Source of the DNA: Candidatus Omnitrophota bacterium
GTDB taxonomy: Bacteria; Ratteibacteria; UBA8468; B48-G9; JAFGKM01
Direction of reading: 5' to 3'
DNA length: 64,000 nt
Assembly: GCA_023819375.1 (NCBI GenBank)
Contig: JAMWDI010000001.1
Coordinates: forward strand, 4,696 to 68,695
Shown: in pieces, positions 39,354-49,331 of the stretch
How the letters are laid out: every line of letters starts with the position of its first letter
Numbering within the stretch: position 1 is the first letter of the stretch
Notes under the pieces: model-generated
Databases searched by the model: none
The model's input: only the letters and a program-made list of their open reading frames with translations
What the model was told of the DNA's origin: nothing
Position numbers and translations under genes: made by a program

Positions 39354-40404
39354 TTTTCTTAAATAAATCTAATATAAAATTTTCAATTACTTCCTTTTCA
39401 GTAATATCTATTTTTTTTAAATTTTCCCTAATTTCTTGACTTTTTTTAACAAATTCTTCAAATAAAAAAATGAAATTTTTATCATTTATTTTTCTTTCTT
39501 CAACCATAAATGCACAACCAATTTTACAAAGATATTCTGCATTTTTTTTCTGATGATTTCCTGCATAGGGATAGGGAATTAAAAAAGCAGGTATTTTTTT
39601 CATCGTCAATTCTGCAATTGTCCCTGCCCCTGCTCTACTTATGACATAATCTGCTACTGCATATAATTTATTCATTTCATAAAAAAAATTATAAACTTTC
39701 CCTGATAAATTCTTCTCAATAATTACTTTTTCTACAGATTCTTTCTCTTTACCTGCAATAAGAATTATCTGAAAATTTTTTGCTTTAAAATATTCAAGAT
39801 GATTAACAACAATATTATTCAAAAACCTTGCTCCCTGGCTTCCTCCAATAATAAGAACTGTTTCTTTTTTTTCTAAACCTAAATCTTTTAATATTTCCTC
39901 TTTTGAATAAGTTTTATAAAAATCAGATATCAGAGGAAATCCTGTTATAATACACTTCTTTTTGGGAAGTTTTTCATAATTTGGAAATGAAAGAAAAATA
40001 AAATTTACAAAAGGAGCCAAAAATCTTGTTGTTTTACTTGGGATATAATTCTGTTCATGTATTATAATTTTTTTGTTTAAAATTTTTGCTCCAAGAATAA
40101 AGGGAATACAAACATAACTTCCGGTTCCAATTACAAGTGAAGGTTTTTCCCTCCGAAACAATTGAACAGAAAATATTACAAGATAAAATACCCTAAAAAC
40201 TGATAAAAAAAAATTTTTCTTATTTACTTTTACAGATGGAATAATTTTGTAATCAAATTTTTTATTTTTTAAAATTTTCAAAATAAATTCTCTTTGAGGA
40301 ATAAAAAATTTTACTTTAAAATGATTTTTCAATCTTTCTCCTATAGCAAGTCCAGGAAAAAAATGTCCCCCTGTTGGTCCTGTAATGATAATAATTTTTT
40401 CCAT
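39334..40404 (-). CDS. murG: Undecaprenyldiphospho-muramoylpentapeptide GlcNAc transferase
   Basis: TGGHFFP, HEQN, GGSQGA, SRAGAGT and HQKKNA. Confidence 0.93.
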   Translation of the reverse strand: MEKIIIITGPTGGHFFPGLAIGERLKNHFKVKFFIPQREFILKILKNKKFDYKIIPSVKVNKKNFFLSVFRVFYLVIFSVQLFRREKPSLVIGTGSYVCIPFILGAKILNKKIIIHEQNYIPSKTTRFLAPFVNFIFLSFPNYEKLPKKKCIITGFPLISDFYKTYSKEEILKDLGLEKKETVLIIGGSQGARFLNNIVVNHLEYFKAKNFQIILIAGKEKESVEKVIIEKNLSGKVYNFFYEMNKLYAVADYVISRAGAGTIAELTMKKIPAFLIPYPYAGNHQKKNAEYLCKIGCAFMVEERKINDKNFIFLFEEFVKKSQEIRENLKKIDITEKEVIENFILDLFKKNEKRDN

Positions 40405-40438
40405 GATATTATTTTAACATATGGTAAAATTAATTAAA

Positions 40439-41413
40439 ATGAAAGCAATTGGTCTTATATCAGGCGGTCTTGATAGTATTCTTGCACTTCAACTGATAAA
40501 AGAACAAAATTTTGAAATTATTGGAGTATTTATAAAAACACCTTTTTTATCTGGTTTTGGAGAAAAAACCATAAAAAATTTAGAAAAATTATCAAAAGAA
40601 ATGAATTTTAAATTAATTGTTCTTGAAATAGATGAAAAATATATTGATATAATCAAAAAGCCTGAATTTGGTTATGGGAAAAACTTGAATCCATGTATTG
40701 ATTGTCACATCTACATGCTTAAAAAGGCAAAAGAAATAATGGAAAAAGAAGATGGGCTTTTTGTTTTTACTGGTGAAGTTTTGGGACAGAGAGGAAAATC
40801 TCAAAATTTGAATGCATTAAAAATTATAGAAGAAAAATCTTCTTTAAAAGGAAAATTATTGAGGCCTCTTACTGCTTTAAATTTAGAACCGACAGAAGTT
40901 GAAAATAAAGGGATTATAAATAGAAATCTTTTGTTAGGAATTAAAGGAAAAAGTAGAAAATTGCAGTTATATCTTGCTCAAATAAAAGGATTAAAATATT
41001 TTGGAACCCCTTCTGGAGGATGTCTTCTTACAGATCCAAATTTCTGCAAAAAATTAAAGGATCTACTTGATAATTATAAAGAAATAAGTTTAAAAGATTG
41101 CTTTCTTCTCCAATTGGGAAGACATTTTAGAATTTCTCCATACACAAAGTTAATTATTTCAAGAAATGAAAGTGAAATAAAAAAAATGATTGATTATTGT
41201 AATGAAAATGATTATTTGATTTTTTTAGAGAAAAATCCCCAAATAATTGGAATAATAAAGGGGAAAATAGAGGATATTGCTTTTGATATTTTGGGTGGAT
41301 ATATAAAAACAGAAACTGATATTATAAAAATTAGGGATATAAATGGAAATTTAATAGAAAGTAGGATTATAAGAAAGACAAATAAAATTGACTATTGTAG
41401 ATTTTTGATATGA
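40439..41413 (+). CDS. PP-loop ATPase, ThiI/MnmA-like tRNA thiouridylase family
   Basis: MKAIGLISGGLDS, GKNLNPCIDC, TGEVLGQR, LLRPL and GGCLLTD. Start moved to ATG 40439. Confidence 0.85.
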   Translation: MKAIGLISGGLDSILALQLIKEQNFEIIGVFIKTPFLSGFGEKTIKNLEKLSKEMNFKLIVLEIDEKYIDIIKKPEFGYGKNLNPCIDCHIYMLKKAKEIMEKEDGLFVFTGEVLGQRGKSQNLNALKIIEEKSSLKGKLLRPLTALNLEPTEVENKGIINRNLLLGIKGKSRKLQLYLAQIKGLKYFGTPSGGCLLTDPNFCKKLKDLLDNYKEISLKDCFLLQLGRHFRISPYTKLIISRNESEIKKMIDYCNENDYLIFLEKNPQIIGIIKGKIEDIAFDILGGYIKTETDIIKIRDINGNLIESRIIRKTNKIDYCRFLI

Positions 41414-42144
41414 GCAAGCAATTTAATCCTAAAGAAAGATTTTATAGAAGTTTAATTAAAGGAAAGGATTTTTTTAAGTATGAAATAAAAGTAGAGGAAA
41501 CAGACATTCTTGTAATCTCCAAAAAAAATTTGAAAGAAGAGATTAAAAAAGAAATTATAGAACAAAGAGAAATATTAAAAAATTATATAAAAGAAAATCC
41601 TGAATTTCTCTATTCTTTTTCACCTATTATTGTTTGTAATGGTGAAGAAATAATTAAATTGATGTCAGAAAGTTCTATTTTAACAAAAACCGGTCCCATG
41701 GCTTCTGTTGCAGGAGCAATAGCAGAAATCATTGGTAAAAAATTCATGAAAATTTCTGATGAAATAATTATTGAAAATGGTGGTGATATATTTGCTAAAA
41801 TGAATAGAGAATTTATAACAGGGATATATGCTGGAAGTTCTCCATTTTCTATGAAAATAGGATTAAAACTTAAAAAAAGAGAAAAACCCTATGGTATTGC
41901 AACTTCAAGTGGAAAAATCGGGCACTCTATAAGTTTTGGGGATGCGGATGCGGTTGTAGTAGTTTCCCCTTCTGCAGCATTTTCTGACGGTTCTGCAACC
42001 TATTTTGGGAATTTAGTAAAAGAGAGAATAGACAAAGATTTAATAACTTCTGAATTAAAAAATTTTCCTTTTATTGAGGGAATCGTTATCATTAGAGGAA
42101 AAGAAATTTTTTTATGGGGCGATATAGAAATTGTCTCAATTTAA
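41410..42144 (+). CDS. UPF0280 family (ApbE-like) protein
   Basis: GPMASVAGAIA, ENGGDI and TSSGKIGHSISFGDAD. Confidence 0.9.
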   Translation: MSKQFNPKERFYRSLIKGKDFFKYEIKVEETDILVISKKNLKEEIKKEIIEQREILKNYIKENPEFLYSFSPIIVCNGEEIIKLMSESSILTKTGPMASVAGAIAEIIGKKFMKISDEIIIENGGDIFAKMNREFITGIYAGSSPFSMKIGLKLKKREKPYGIATSSGKIGHSISFGDADAVVVVSPSAAFSDGSATYFGNLVKERIDKDLITSELKNFPFIEGIVIIRGKEIFLWGDIEIVSI

Positions 42145-42145
42145 A

Positions 42146-43462
42146 TTAATAATATCCTATAGAAAATTTTAAAATAATAAAGAAATAACTTATAGAAACT
42201 GCAACTAAATTTGGAAAAAACATTGTTTTAATCCATCTTTTCCATCCTATTTTAATACCTTGTGTTTCAAGAAAACCGTAGGCAACAACATTCGCACTTG
42301 CTCCAATTGGTGTAAAATTGCCTCCCATATCAAGACCCAAACTGGATGTCCATATAAGTATTGTAAATCTATAAGGAATAAATTTTAAAATATGTTTAAT
42401 AAGATATCCAATAGTCATTGCTTCAGGAACATTATCAATAAAAGCACTTGTAGAAACAGAAAACCAAAACAAAATGGAGTTCATCTTATATCCATTTTGC
42501 GAAAAATTTTTAAGATGAAAAGCAAAATTTTTTATCACTTCTGTTTTTTCAAGCGAACCAACAACTGCAAAAAGTGAAATGAAAAACAAAAGTGTTTCAA
42601 TATCTATTTCTTTCAAAATATTTTTTAATTTTTCGTGCGAACCTCTCAAAGAGAGAATGATAATTGCTGGTAAAATACTACAAATTCCAATATTTAATGG
42701 GAAATATCTTTTAATAAAATCTCTAAAAATTAAAAGAAAAACAACTCCAAAAAGTCCATAGAGCCCATATTTTGCAAGTGTTTTATCTTCAATAGCCTCT
42801 TCAGGCATTATATCTTCAAATTTTTTCTTGTCTATTCTCTTTCTACTTTCAATAAGTTCTTTTTTGTTCATCATATAAAAAATAGAAATTGCACATAATC
42901 CAGAAATTAGTCCTATTAAATAGTTATGAATGAAAAAATCTGTAAATCCTAACTTAAACATTGAACCTAAAATTACATTTGGAGGATCTCCCATTAAGGT
43001 TCCTGCCCCCCCAATATTTGCAAGACATACTTCAGCAATTATTAAAGGTATGTAATTAATTCTTATTATCCTACATAATGTATAGGTTAATGGTGTCAGA
43101 AATGTTAAAACTGTTATTGAATCAATAAAACCAGATAAAAACCATGAAAGTAAAGGGAAAAATAAAAAAATTTTGACAGGGTCATAGTTAAATTTTTTGA
43201 TAATTTTTAAAGATAAATAATTAAAAAAGCCAGAAATTTCAATTATTTTTACAACAATAAAAATACCAAAAAGAAAGGAAATTGTATCCCAGTCAATATA
43301 ACTTGGAATTTCATTAAAATCATAAACTTTAAACAAAATTAATAAAAGCACACTTGCAAGAGAAACATAAACTTTTGGTGTCTTTTCAATTGCTATAAAA
43401 AAATAAGTTCCAATAAAAATAATTAAACTTATTATTGCTTTGATATTCATTTCAGCATCCAA
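42146..43462 (-). CDS. ArsB/NhaD (SLC13/CitMHS-like) ion transporter
   Basis: IDWDT, ANIGGAGTLMGDPPN, SAFIDNVP and GGNFTPIGASAN. Confidence 0.9.
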   Translation of the reverse strand: MDAEMNIKAIISLIIFIGTYFFIAIEKTPKVYVSLASVLLLILFKVYDFNEIPSYIDWDTISFLFGIFIVVKIIEISGFFNYLSLKIIKKFNYDPVKIFLFFPLLSWFLSGFIDSITVLTFLTPLTYTLCRIIRINYIPLIIAEVCLANIGGAGTLMGDPPNVILGSMFKLGFTDFFIHNYLIGLISGLCAISIFYMMNKKELIESRKRIDKKKFEDIMPEEAIEDKTLAKYGLYGLFGVVFLLIFRDFIKRYFPLNIGICSILPAIIILSLRGSHEKLKNILKEIDIETLLFFISLFAVVGSLEKTEVIKNFAFHLKNFSQNGYKMNSILFWFSVSTSAFIDNVPEAMTIGYLIKHILKFIPYRFTILIWTSSLGLDMGGNFTPIGASANVVAYGFLETQGIKIGWKRWIKTMFFPNLVAVSISYFFIILKFSIGYY

Positions 43463-43907
43463 ATGATCTTAAAATTCTATTTCTAGTTATAAATCCTACT
43501 GCTTCACCTTTTTCATTTATAACAACAAGACGATTTATTTTATATTTTCTCATTAAAACAAGTGCTTTCATAACAGACGCATTTTCATCAATTGCTATTA
43601 CATTTTTATTCATAACATCTTCAGCAACCAGTAAAGAACTTACACATTCTATTGTAGTTATAATTTCTGAAAATGCATCTGCAAAAAATGGAAATTTTTC
43701 AAGTAATTCTACATCTTTTTTTGACAAAATCAAGTTTTCAAGGATATCTTCAATACTGACAATTCCAACTAAAATACCATTTTCATCTACAACAGGAATA
43801 ATATTATAATGAGTTGTTGAAAAAATTCTAAAAATTTCTCTCATTGGCGTATTTTTATTTATAATAGGGATTTCTTTATCCATAAAATCTTTGACCTTTT
43901 TCATCAC
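43452..43907 (-). CDS. CBS domain pair protein
   Basis: VKDFM...IPVVDENGILVGIVSIEDI; second CBS repeat LVVINEKGEAVGFITR. Confidence 0.9.
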   Translation of the reverse strand: MMKKVKDFMDKEIPIINKNTPMREIFRIFSTTHYNIIPVVDENGILVGIVSIEDILENLILSKKDVELLEKFPFFADAFSEIITTIECVSSLLVAEDVMNKNVIAIDENASVMKALVLMRKYKINRLVVINEKGEAVGFITRNRILRSFGC

Positions 43908-43948
43908 TTTTCCTTTTTTGAGATTTAGTATATAATATAAAAATTAAG

Positions 43949-43976
43949 TTGACAATAAATTTTTTTTTATTAAAAT
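43949..43976 (+). promoter_or_regulatory. Sigma70 promoter of rpsB-tsf
   Basis: TTGACA (43949-43954), 16 bp, TAAAAT (43971-43976); SD AGGGAG before the ATG. Confidence 0.55.
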
Positions 43977-44000
43977 TTTATTTCATTAAAAGGGAGAAAA

Positions 44001-44738
44001 ATGGAAATAACTGTAAAAGAATTGCTGGAAGCAGGTGTTTATTTTGGACATCCAAAGAGACAGTTTGATCCAAGAATAAAACCCTATCTTTATGGGAAAA
44101 GACAGGGAATTTATATTATTGACATAGAAAAAACAATTGAAAAAATAAAGGAAAGCGGAGAATTTTTAAAAAAAGTTGCTTCTCAAGGGAAAAAAATTCT
44201 TTTTATTGGAACAAAAAAACAAGCACAATCTCCGGTTAAAGAAATTGCGGAGAAATGTAAAATGCCTTATGTGAATTACAGGTGGATTGGAGGAACCTTA
44301 ACAAATTTTAAAGAGATAAGGAAAAGAATAGAAAGATTAGAAGAAATAGAAAAACTTGAAGAATCTGGAAAATTAAATCTTTATACTAAAAAAGAAATTC
44401 TCTTGATTCAGAAAGAAAAAGAAGAACTGAAAAAAAAGTTTGAAGGAATACGTGAAATGACAGATTATCCTGGTGCTCTTGTAGTTGTAGATGTTAAGAG
44501 AGAAATAAATGCAATAAAAGAAGCCAAAAAAGTTAAAATACCTGTTGTCGGAATAGTTGATACAAATGGAAATCCAGAACTTGTTGATTTTCCGATTCCT
44601 GCAAATGATGATGGTTTAAAATCAATCTATACAGTGCTATCTAAACTTGCTGATTATATCATTGAAGGAATGAAAGAATTTCGGTTTATAATTGAAAATG
44701 TCGAAGAAGAAAAAATACAAAAATCGGAGGAAAAATGA
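44001..44738 (+). CDS. rpsB: 30S ribosomal protein S2
   Basis: LLEAGVYFGH, GTKKQA, RWIGGTLTN and DTNGNP...PIPANDD. Confidence 0.97.
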   Translation: MEITVKELLEAGVYFGHPKRQFDPRIKPYLYGKRQGIYIIDIEKTIEKIKESGEFLKKVASQGKKILFIGTKKQAQSPVKEIAEKCKMPYVNYRWIGGTLTNFKEIRKRIERLEEIEKLEESGKLNLYTKKEILLIQKEKEELKKKFEGIREMTDYPGALVVVDVKREINAIKEAKKVKIPVVGIVDTNGNPELVDFPIPANDDGLKSIYTVLSKLADYIIEGMKEFRFIIENVEEEKIQKSEEK

Positions 44739-45322
44739 AAATAGATGCTTCTAAAATAAAAGAACTTAGAGAAAAAACAGGATTAAGTGTTATAGAATGC
44801 AAAAATGCTCTTGAAGAAGCAAATGGAGATATAAACAAAGCAATAGAGATACTCAAAAAAAGAGGTCTTGAAATTTCAGAAAAAAAATCAAGTAAAGAAG
44901 TAAAAGAAGGTTTAATTGGTTCTTATGTTCATACAAATGGCAAAGTAGGAGTATTAATAGAAGTAAATTGTGAAACTGATTTTGTTGCAAAAAACAGTGA
45001 ATTTGAAGAACTTGTTAAAAATTTATGTTTACAAATAGCAGCAATGAAACCAACATGGATAGATGTTGATTCAATTCCAGAAGAAATTTTGAAAGAAAAA
45101 ATTGAAGAAATCAAAAGTCAATATAAAGATAAACCTCAAAACGTCTTAGAAAAAATTATTGAAGGTAAATTGGAAGATTTTTATAAAGAAAAGGTCCTTT
45201 TAAAACAATCATTTATTAAGGATGAACAAATTACAATTGAAGAGTATATAAAATCAAAGATAGCAAAATTCGGAGAGAATATAAAAGTAAAAAGATTTGT
45301 AAGATTTGAAATTGGTGAGTAA
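44735..45322 (+). CDS. tsf: Elongation factor Ts (short form)
   Basis: IKELREKTG...CKNAL, EVNCETDFVA and RFVRFEIGE. Confidence 0.97.
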   Translation: MKIDASKIKELREKTGLSVIECKNALEEANGDINKAIEILKKRGLEISEKKSSKEVKEGLIGSYVHTNGKVGVLIEVNCETDFVAKNSEFEELVKNLCLQIAAMKPTWIDVDSIPEEILKEKIEEIKSQYKDKPQNVLEKIIEGKLEDFYKEKVLLKQSFIKDEQITIEEYIKSKIAKFGENIKVKRFVRFEIGE

Positions 45323-45349
45323 AATATAAAAATTAAGAGGAGGTAAAAT

Positions 45350-45637
45350 ATGGAATTTGAAGTTGGATATATGTTATCTTTAATAATAGTTGGTTTAAGT
45401 TTTCTTGGTTTTTTTCTTTCTATGATGATTGATGAAGTTAACAGAAAAAAAGCAGTGGTTATTTTTATTCTTTCTTTAATCCTATTTGGGCTTGGTGTTT
45501 ATTACTACTATGTGGTTGGATTATGGCAAAAAGAAAGTGGAGGCCCCTCGGTAAATAAACTTAATTATTATCTTCACGTTTATAGACCTGAAAATCAAAC
45601 TGAAATACCTGTTTTACCATTTCAAATGGAAAAATAA
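45350..45637 (+). CDS. Small hypothetical membrane protein (2 TM)
   Basis: Strong SD GAGGAGGT and two hydrophobic helices. Confidence 0.75.
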   Translation: MEFEVGYMLSLIIVGLSFLGFFLSMMIDEVNRKKAVVIFILSLILFGLGVYYYYVVGLWQKESGGPSVNKLNYYLHVYRPENQTEIPVLPFQMEK

Positions 45638-45657
45638 ATTTTTTAAAAAACTGTTAA

Positions 45658-47487
45658 ATGAAAAGTTTAATTTTTTTGTTTTTAATTTATTCTTTATTTT
45701 GTTTCCCTATAGAAAACGAAACAGTTTATTTATTAGATTTTGCCTCTGTAAAAGTTCATTTAAATTACACAACTGAAACACTTGTTCATCAAAAAATAAG
45801 AATAGGAGATGAAAAAGGAAAAAAATTCTCTCATCTTAGAATAGCCTTCAACTCAGAGAGAGAAAAAATAGAATTTATTGAGGGATACACTATTCTACCA
45901 AATGGAAAAAGAATTACCATTACACAAAAAGACATAAAAATTGTTACACCTGCTGAACTCACTAAATATTCCTCTCTTTATCCTGGATATAAAGTAATGA
46001 GTATAGATTTTCCAGGGGTTGAAATTGGAAGCATAATTGAATATAAGTATAAAATTTTTACATATAAGCCACTTATTGAAAACCACTTCTGGGATGGTTT
46101 TTATTTCCAATCCACTGAACCATTTCTTATTTCACGTTATGAGTTAACAGTGCCCAAAAAGTTTAAAATCAAAATTTATCAAAAAGATGTTGAATTGAAG
46201 GAAAGAAAAGAAAAGTTTGGAAGTATAAAATATATTTGGGAAAAGAAAAATGTTCCTGGATTAATTGAAGAAATTTTTATGCCATCTATAAAAGAAATTG
46301 TTCCTAAGATCTATGTCTCAACTTTCCAATCCTGGGAAGAAATTGGAAAATGGTTTTATGAAATTTCTAAAAGTGAGGGGAAAGAAAAAATTTTAGAGGA
46401 AGTTGTGGATGAACTTATAAAAGGTAAAAAAAACAATGAAGAAAAGATAATCTCATTATATAATTATGTCTGTTCCAATATAAGATATGTAGGCCTTGAG
46501 ATTGGAATATATGGATATAAACCTCATCCACCACTTGAAGTTTTTAAGGCAAAATATGGAGATTGCAAAGACAAAGCAAATCTTTTAAAAAAAATGCTTG
46601 AAATTGCAGGAATTAAATCCTATCTTGCCCTTGTAAATACTGAAAGTCAAATAGAAAAAGATATTCCTTTTCCTGGACAATTTAATCATGCTATTCTTGC
46701 TATTCCAAAAGAAGATTTTTATATTTTCCTTGACCCAACAACTGAAGTAATGAAATATCCTGAAATTCCTTTTTATGAAGAAGGAAAATTGACACTTGTC
46801 TGTGGAGAAAATCCTGAAATTGTAAAAATACCAATTTCTTCTCCAGAAAAAAATATCAGAAAAAGAAATATCATTGCAAGTATGGATAAAGAAGGTAATT
46901 TAAAGGGAGAGGTAATTGTTATACCAAAAGGTATGTTTGAAGCAAGTTTGAGAAATTCCTTTAGATATTTAAAATCAATAGAAAGGGAAAGACATCTTGT
47001 AAAAGAACTAAATACATTATTACCTGGGACAAAACTTCTTTCTCTTGAAATTACTGGTCTTGAATCACTGGATAAGCAATTAATTGAAAAATATCAATTT
47101 TTTACATCACAATATGGCTTACAAGTCACAAACAAAATTATTTTTTCACCCGTTCTTATTGATAAATTAACAGATTTATCAATTGTTTCACTTGAAGAAA
47201 GAAAATATCCTTTAAGATTAGGAATGAATTATATAAAAGAAGAAACAATAGAATATAAATTGCCTGAAAATATAGAAGTTGAAACTCTACCATCTTCTAT
47301 TGAGATAAATGAATCTTTTGGTAAATATTTATTGAATATACAGAAAACAAAAGATGGCTTGTTGTTAAAAAGAATTTTAGAAATAAGTAAAACAGAGATT
47401 ATGCCGGAAGAATATATTAAATTTAAAGAATTTTATAAAAAAATAGCCTTTTATGATAGATTGCCAGTAATTTTACATATAAAATAA
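45658..47487 (+). CDS. DUF3857 + transglutaminase-like + DUF3858 secreted protein
   Basis: Signal peptide; FPGVEIGSIIEY; catalytic triad-like YGDCKDKA, FNHAI and FLDPT. Confidence 0.9.
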   Translation: MKSLIFLFLIYSLFCFPIENETVYLLDFASVKVHLNYTTETLVHQKIRIGDEKGKKFSHLRIAFNSEREKIEFIEGYTILPNGKRITITQKDIKIVTPAELTKYSSLYPGYKVMSIDFPGVEIGSIIEYKYKIFTYKPLIENHFWDGFYFQSTEPFLISRYELTVPKKFKIKIYQKDVELKERKEKFGSIKYIWEKKNVPGLIEEIFMPSIKEIVPKIYVSTFQSWEEIGKWFYEISKSEGKEKILEEVVDELIKGKKNNEEKIISLYNYVCSNIRYVGLEIGIYGYKPHPPLEVFKAKYGDCKDKANLLKKMLEIAGIKSYLALVNTESQIEKDIPFPGQFNHAILAIPKEDFYIFLDPTTEVMKYPEIPFYEEGKLTLVCGENPEIVKIPISSPEKNIRKRNIIASMDKEGNLKGEVIVIPKGMFEASLRNSFRYLKSIERERHLVKELNTLLPGTKLLSLEITGLESLDKQLIEKYQFFTSQYGLQVTNKIIFSPVLIDKLTDLSIVSLEERKYPLRLGMNYIKEETIEYKLPENIEVETLPSSIEINESFGKYLLNIQKTKDGLLLKRILEISKTEIMPEEYIKFKEFYKKIAFYDRLPVILHIK

Positions 47488-47748
47488 CTATTTCAATTTT
47501 TTTGTTGGTTTAAAAACAAGTTTTAATCTTTCAGGAATTAAAACTTCTTCACCAGTTTTAGGGTTCCTTGCTTTTTTGGGTTTTACTTTTTTAAAATAAA
47601 AAACTCCAAAATTTCTCAATTCAACTCTTTCTTTATTTTCAAAACAGGAATACAAAATATTTAGAAACTCATCAACAACTCTTTTTATTATTACCCTATT
47701 TAAACCTGTAGTTTCTACTATCTTTTCGATTATCTCTTTTTTAATCAT
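47488..47748 (-). CDS. HU/IHF family DNA-binding protein
   Basis: RVELRNFGVF...ARNPKTGEEV...FKP. Confidence 0.93.
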   Translation of the reverse strand: MIKKEIIEKIVETTGLNRVIIKRVVDEFLNILYSCFENKERVELRNFGVFYFKKVKPKKARNPKTGEEVLIPERLKLVFKPTKKLK

Positions 47749-47768
47749 TTTAATATTAATATTTAAAA

Positions 47769-47855
47769 TGCCGGAGGAGGGATTTGAACCCTCACGGAGT
47801 TTAGAGCTCCACCGGATTTTGAGTCCGGCGCGTCTGCCAGTTCCACCACTCCGGC
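47769..47855 (-). tRNA. tRNA-Leu (CAA)
   Basis: GCCGGAG/CTCCGGC acceptor stem, anticodon arm CCGGA-CTCAAAA-TCCGG, variable arm, GGTTCAAATCC, A discriminator. Confidence 0.96.
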
Positions 47856-47929
47856 CATATTATTATAAAAATTATAACATCTACTCCCATATTAGACAAT
47901 ATTTATAACTATAGAAAAATTTTTATTTA

Positions 47930-47958
47930 TTGACATTAAAAGAAATAAAGGGTATGAT
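47930..47958 (+). promoter_or_regulatory. Sigma70 promoter of the thrC operon
   Basis: TTGACA (47930-47935), 17 bp, TATGAT (47953-47958). Confidence 0.65.
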
Positions 47959-47969
47959 TTAAATTTAAA

Positions 47970-49331
47970 ATGAAGAAAATTTTATATAGAAGCACAAACA
48001 GAAAAGCAAGATATGTAGATTTTAAAGAAGCAGTTCTAAAAGGACAACCTGCAGATTATGGACTTTTTATGCCAATAGAATTCCCACAGGTTAACCAATA
48101 TGAACTAAATTCTTTTAAAAAAAAGGAGTATTATGAAATTGCTTTTTCAATTCTCTCTAAATTTCTATCTGGAGAAATACCAGAAGAAAAACTTTATGAA
48201 ATAGTAAAAAAATCTTACAATTTTGAAGTTCCTATAGAAAAAATTAATGAAAATTTGTATATTCTCTATCTTGACAGAGGGCCTACCTGTTCTTTTAAAG
48301 ATTTTGCAGGAAGATTTATGGCAGGTGTTATGGAATATTTTGCTAAAGAAAATGATTTAAATTTGATTGTTCTCGTTGCTACTTCAGGAGACACAGGTGG
48401 AGCAATTGCAAATGCCTTTTATAATAAAGAAAATATTAAAGTTGTTATCCTTTTCCCAAAAGATGAAATTACAGAAATTCAAAGAAAACAAATGACAACT
48501 TTGAATAGAAATGTTATCTCGGTGGCTTTAAATGGCAAATTTGATGATTGCCAAAATTTAGTAAAACGTGCTTTTAATGATGCTGACCTAAAAAATATGA
48601 ATTTAACATCAGCAAACTCAATAAATATTTCAAGGTTACTTCCTCAAAGTGTTTATTATTTTTACGCTTATTCAAGATTAGATTTTAAGAAGTTAATTTT
48701 TTCTGTTCCCTCAGGAAATTTTGGAAATTTGATGGGAGGAGTAATAGCAAAAAAGATGGGTTTACCTGTTGAAAAATTTATAGTTGCTGTTAATGAAAAT
48801 GATGAATTTCCAAAATTTTTAAAAACAGGTAAATATAAACCTGTAATTCCCTCTAAAAAATGCAATTCAAATGCTATGAATGTTGGACATCCAAGCAATT
48901 TAGCAAGATTAATTGACTTATATGGTGGCTGGATTTACGACGAAAGAGATGACTCTGGAAGAGTTATAAGGTATGGTGTTATTAAAGAACAACCTGATAT
49001 GGAAAAACTGAGAAAAGATTTTATCTCATTTTCCATTACTGATGAAGAAGTTGAGAAGGCAATAAAAGAATACTATGTAAAATATAAAATTATTCTTGAC
49101 CCTCATGGTGCAGTTGCTGTTTGTGCTTATGAAAAATCAAGTATGAAAGAACCTGTAGTTTCTATAGAAACAGCAAATCCTGGAAAATTTCCTGAAATAA
49201 TAAAGAAAATTTTGGGATTTGAACCTGAAATTCCTGAATCTTTAAGAATTTTGATTTCAAAAGATGAGAATTACTTTATATTAGAAAATGATTATGGTAA
49301 ATTTAAAGAATTTTTAATGGAGTTAAGATGA
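47970..49331 (+). CDS. thrC: Threonine synthase
   Basis: YRST, GPTCSFKDF, VATSGDTG, SANSINISRL, VPSGNFGN and DPHGAV. Confidence 0.96.
   Translation: MKKILYRSTNRKARYVDFKEAVLKGQPADYGLFMPIEFPQVNQYELNSFKKKEYYEIAFSILSKFLSGEIPEEKLYEIVKKSYNFEVPIEKINENLYILYLDRGPTCSFKDFAGRFMAGVMEYFAKENDLNLIVLVATSGDTGGAIANAFYNKENIKVVILFPKDEITEIQRKQMTTLNRNVISVALNGKFDDCQNLVKRAFNDADLKNMNLTSANSINISRLLPQSVYYFYAYSRLDFKKLIFSVPSGNFGNLMGGVIAKKMGLPVEKFIVAVNENDEFPKFLKTGKYKPVIPSKKCNSNAMNVGHPSNLARLIDLYGGWIYDERDDSGRVIRYGVIKEQPDMEKLRKDFISFSITDEEVEKAIKEYYVKYKIILDPHGAVAVCAYEKSSMKEPVVSIETANPGKFPEIIKKILGFEPEIPESLRILISKDENYFILENDYGKFKEFLMELR

Noticed and set aside
15270-47855. tRNAs as island integration sites, and absence of encoded CCA
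   Set aside because: I saw no duplicated tRNA 3' ends or adjacent integrases; lack of encoded CCA is common in bacteria.
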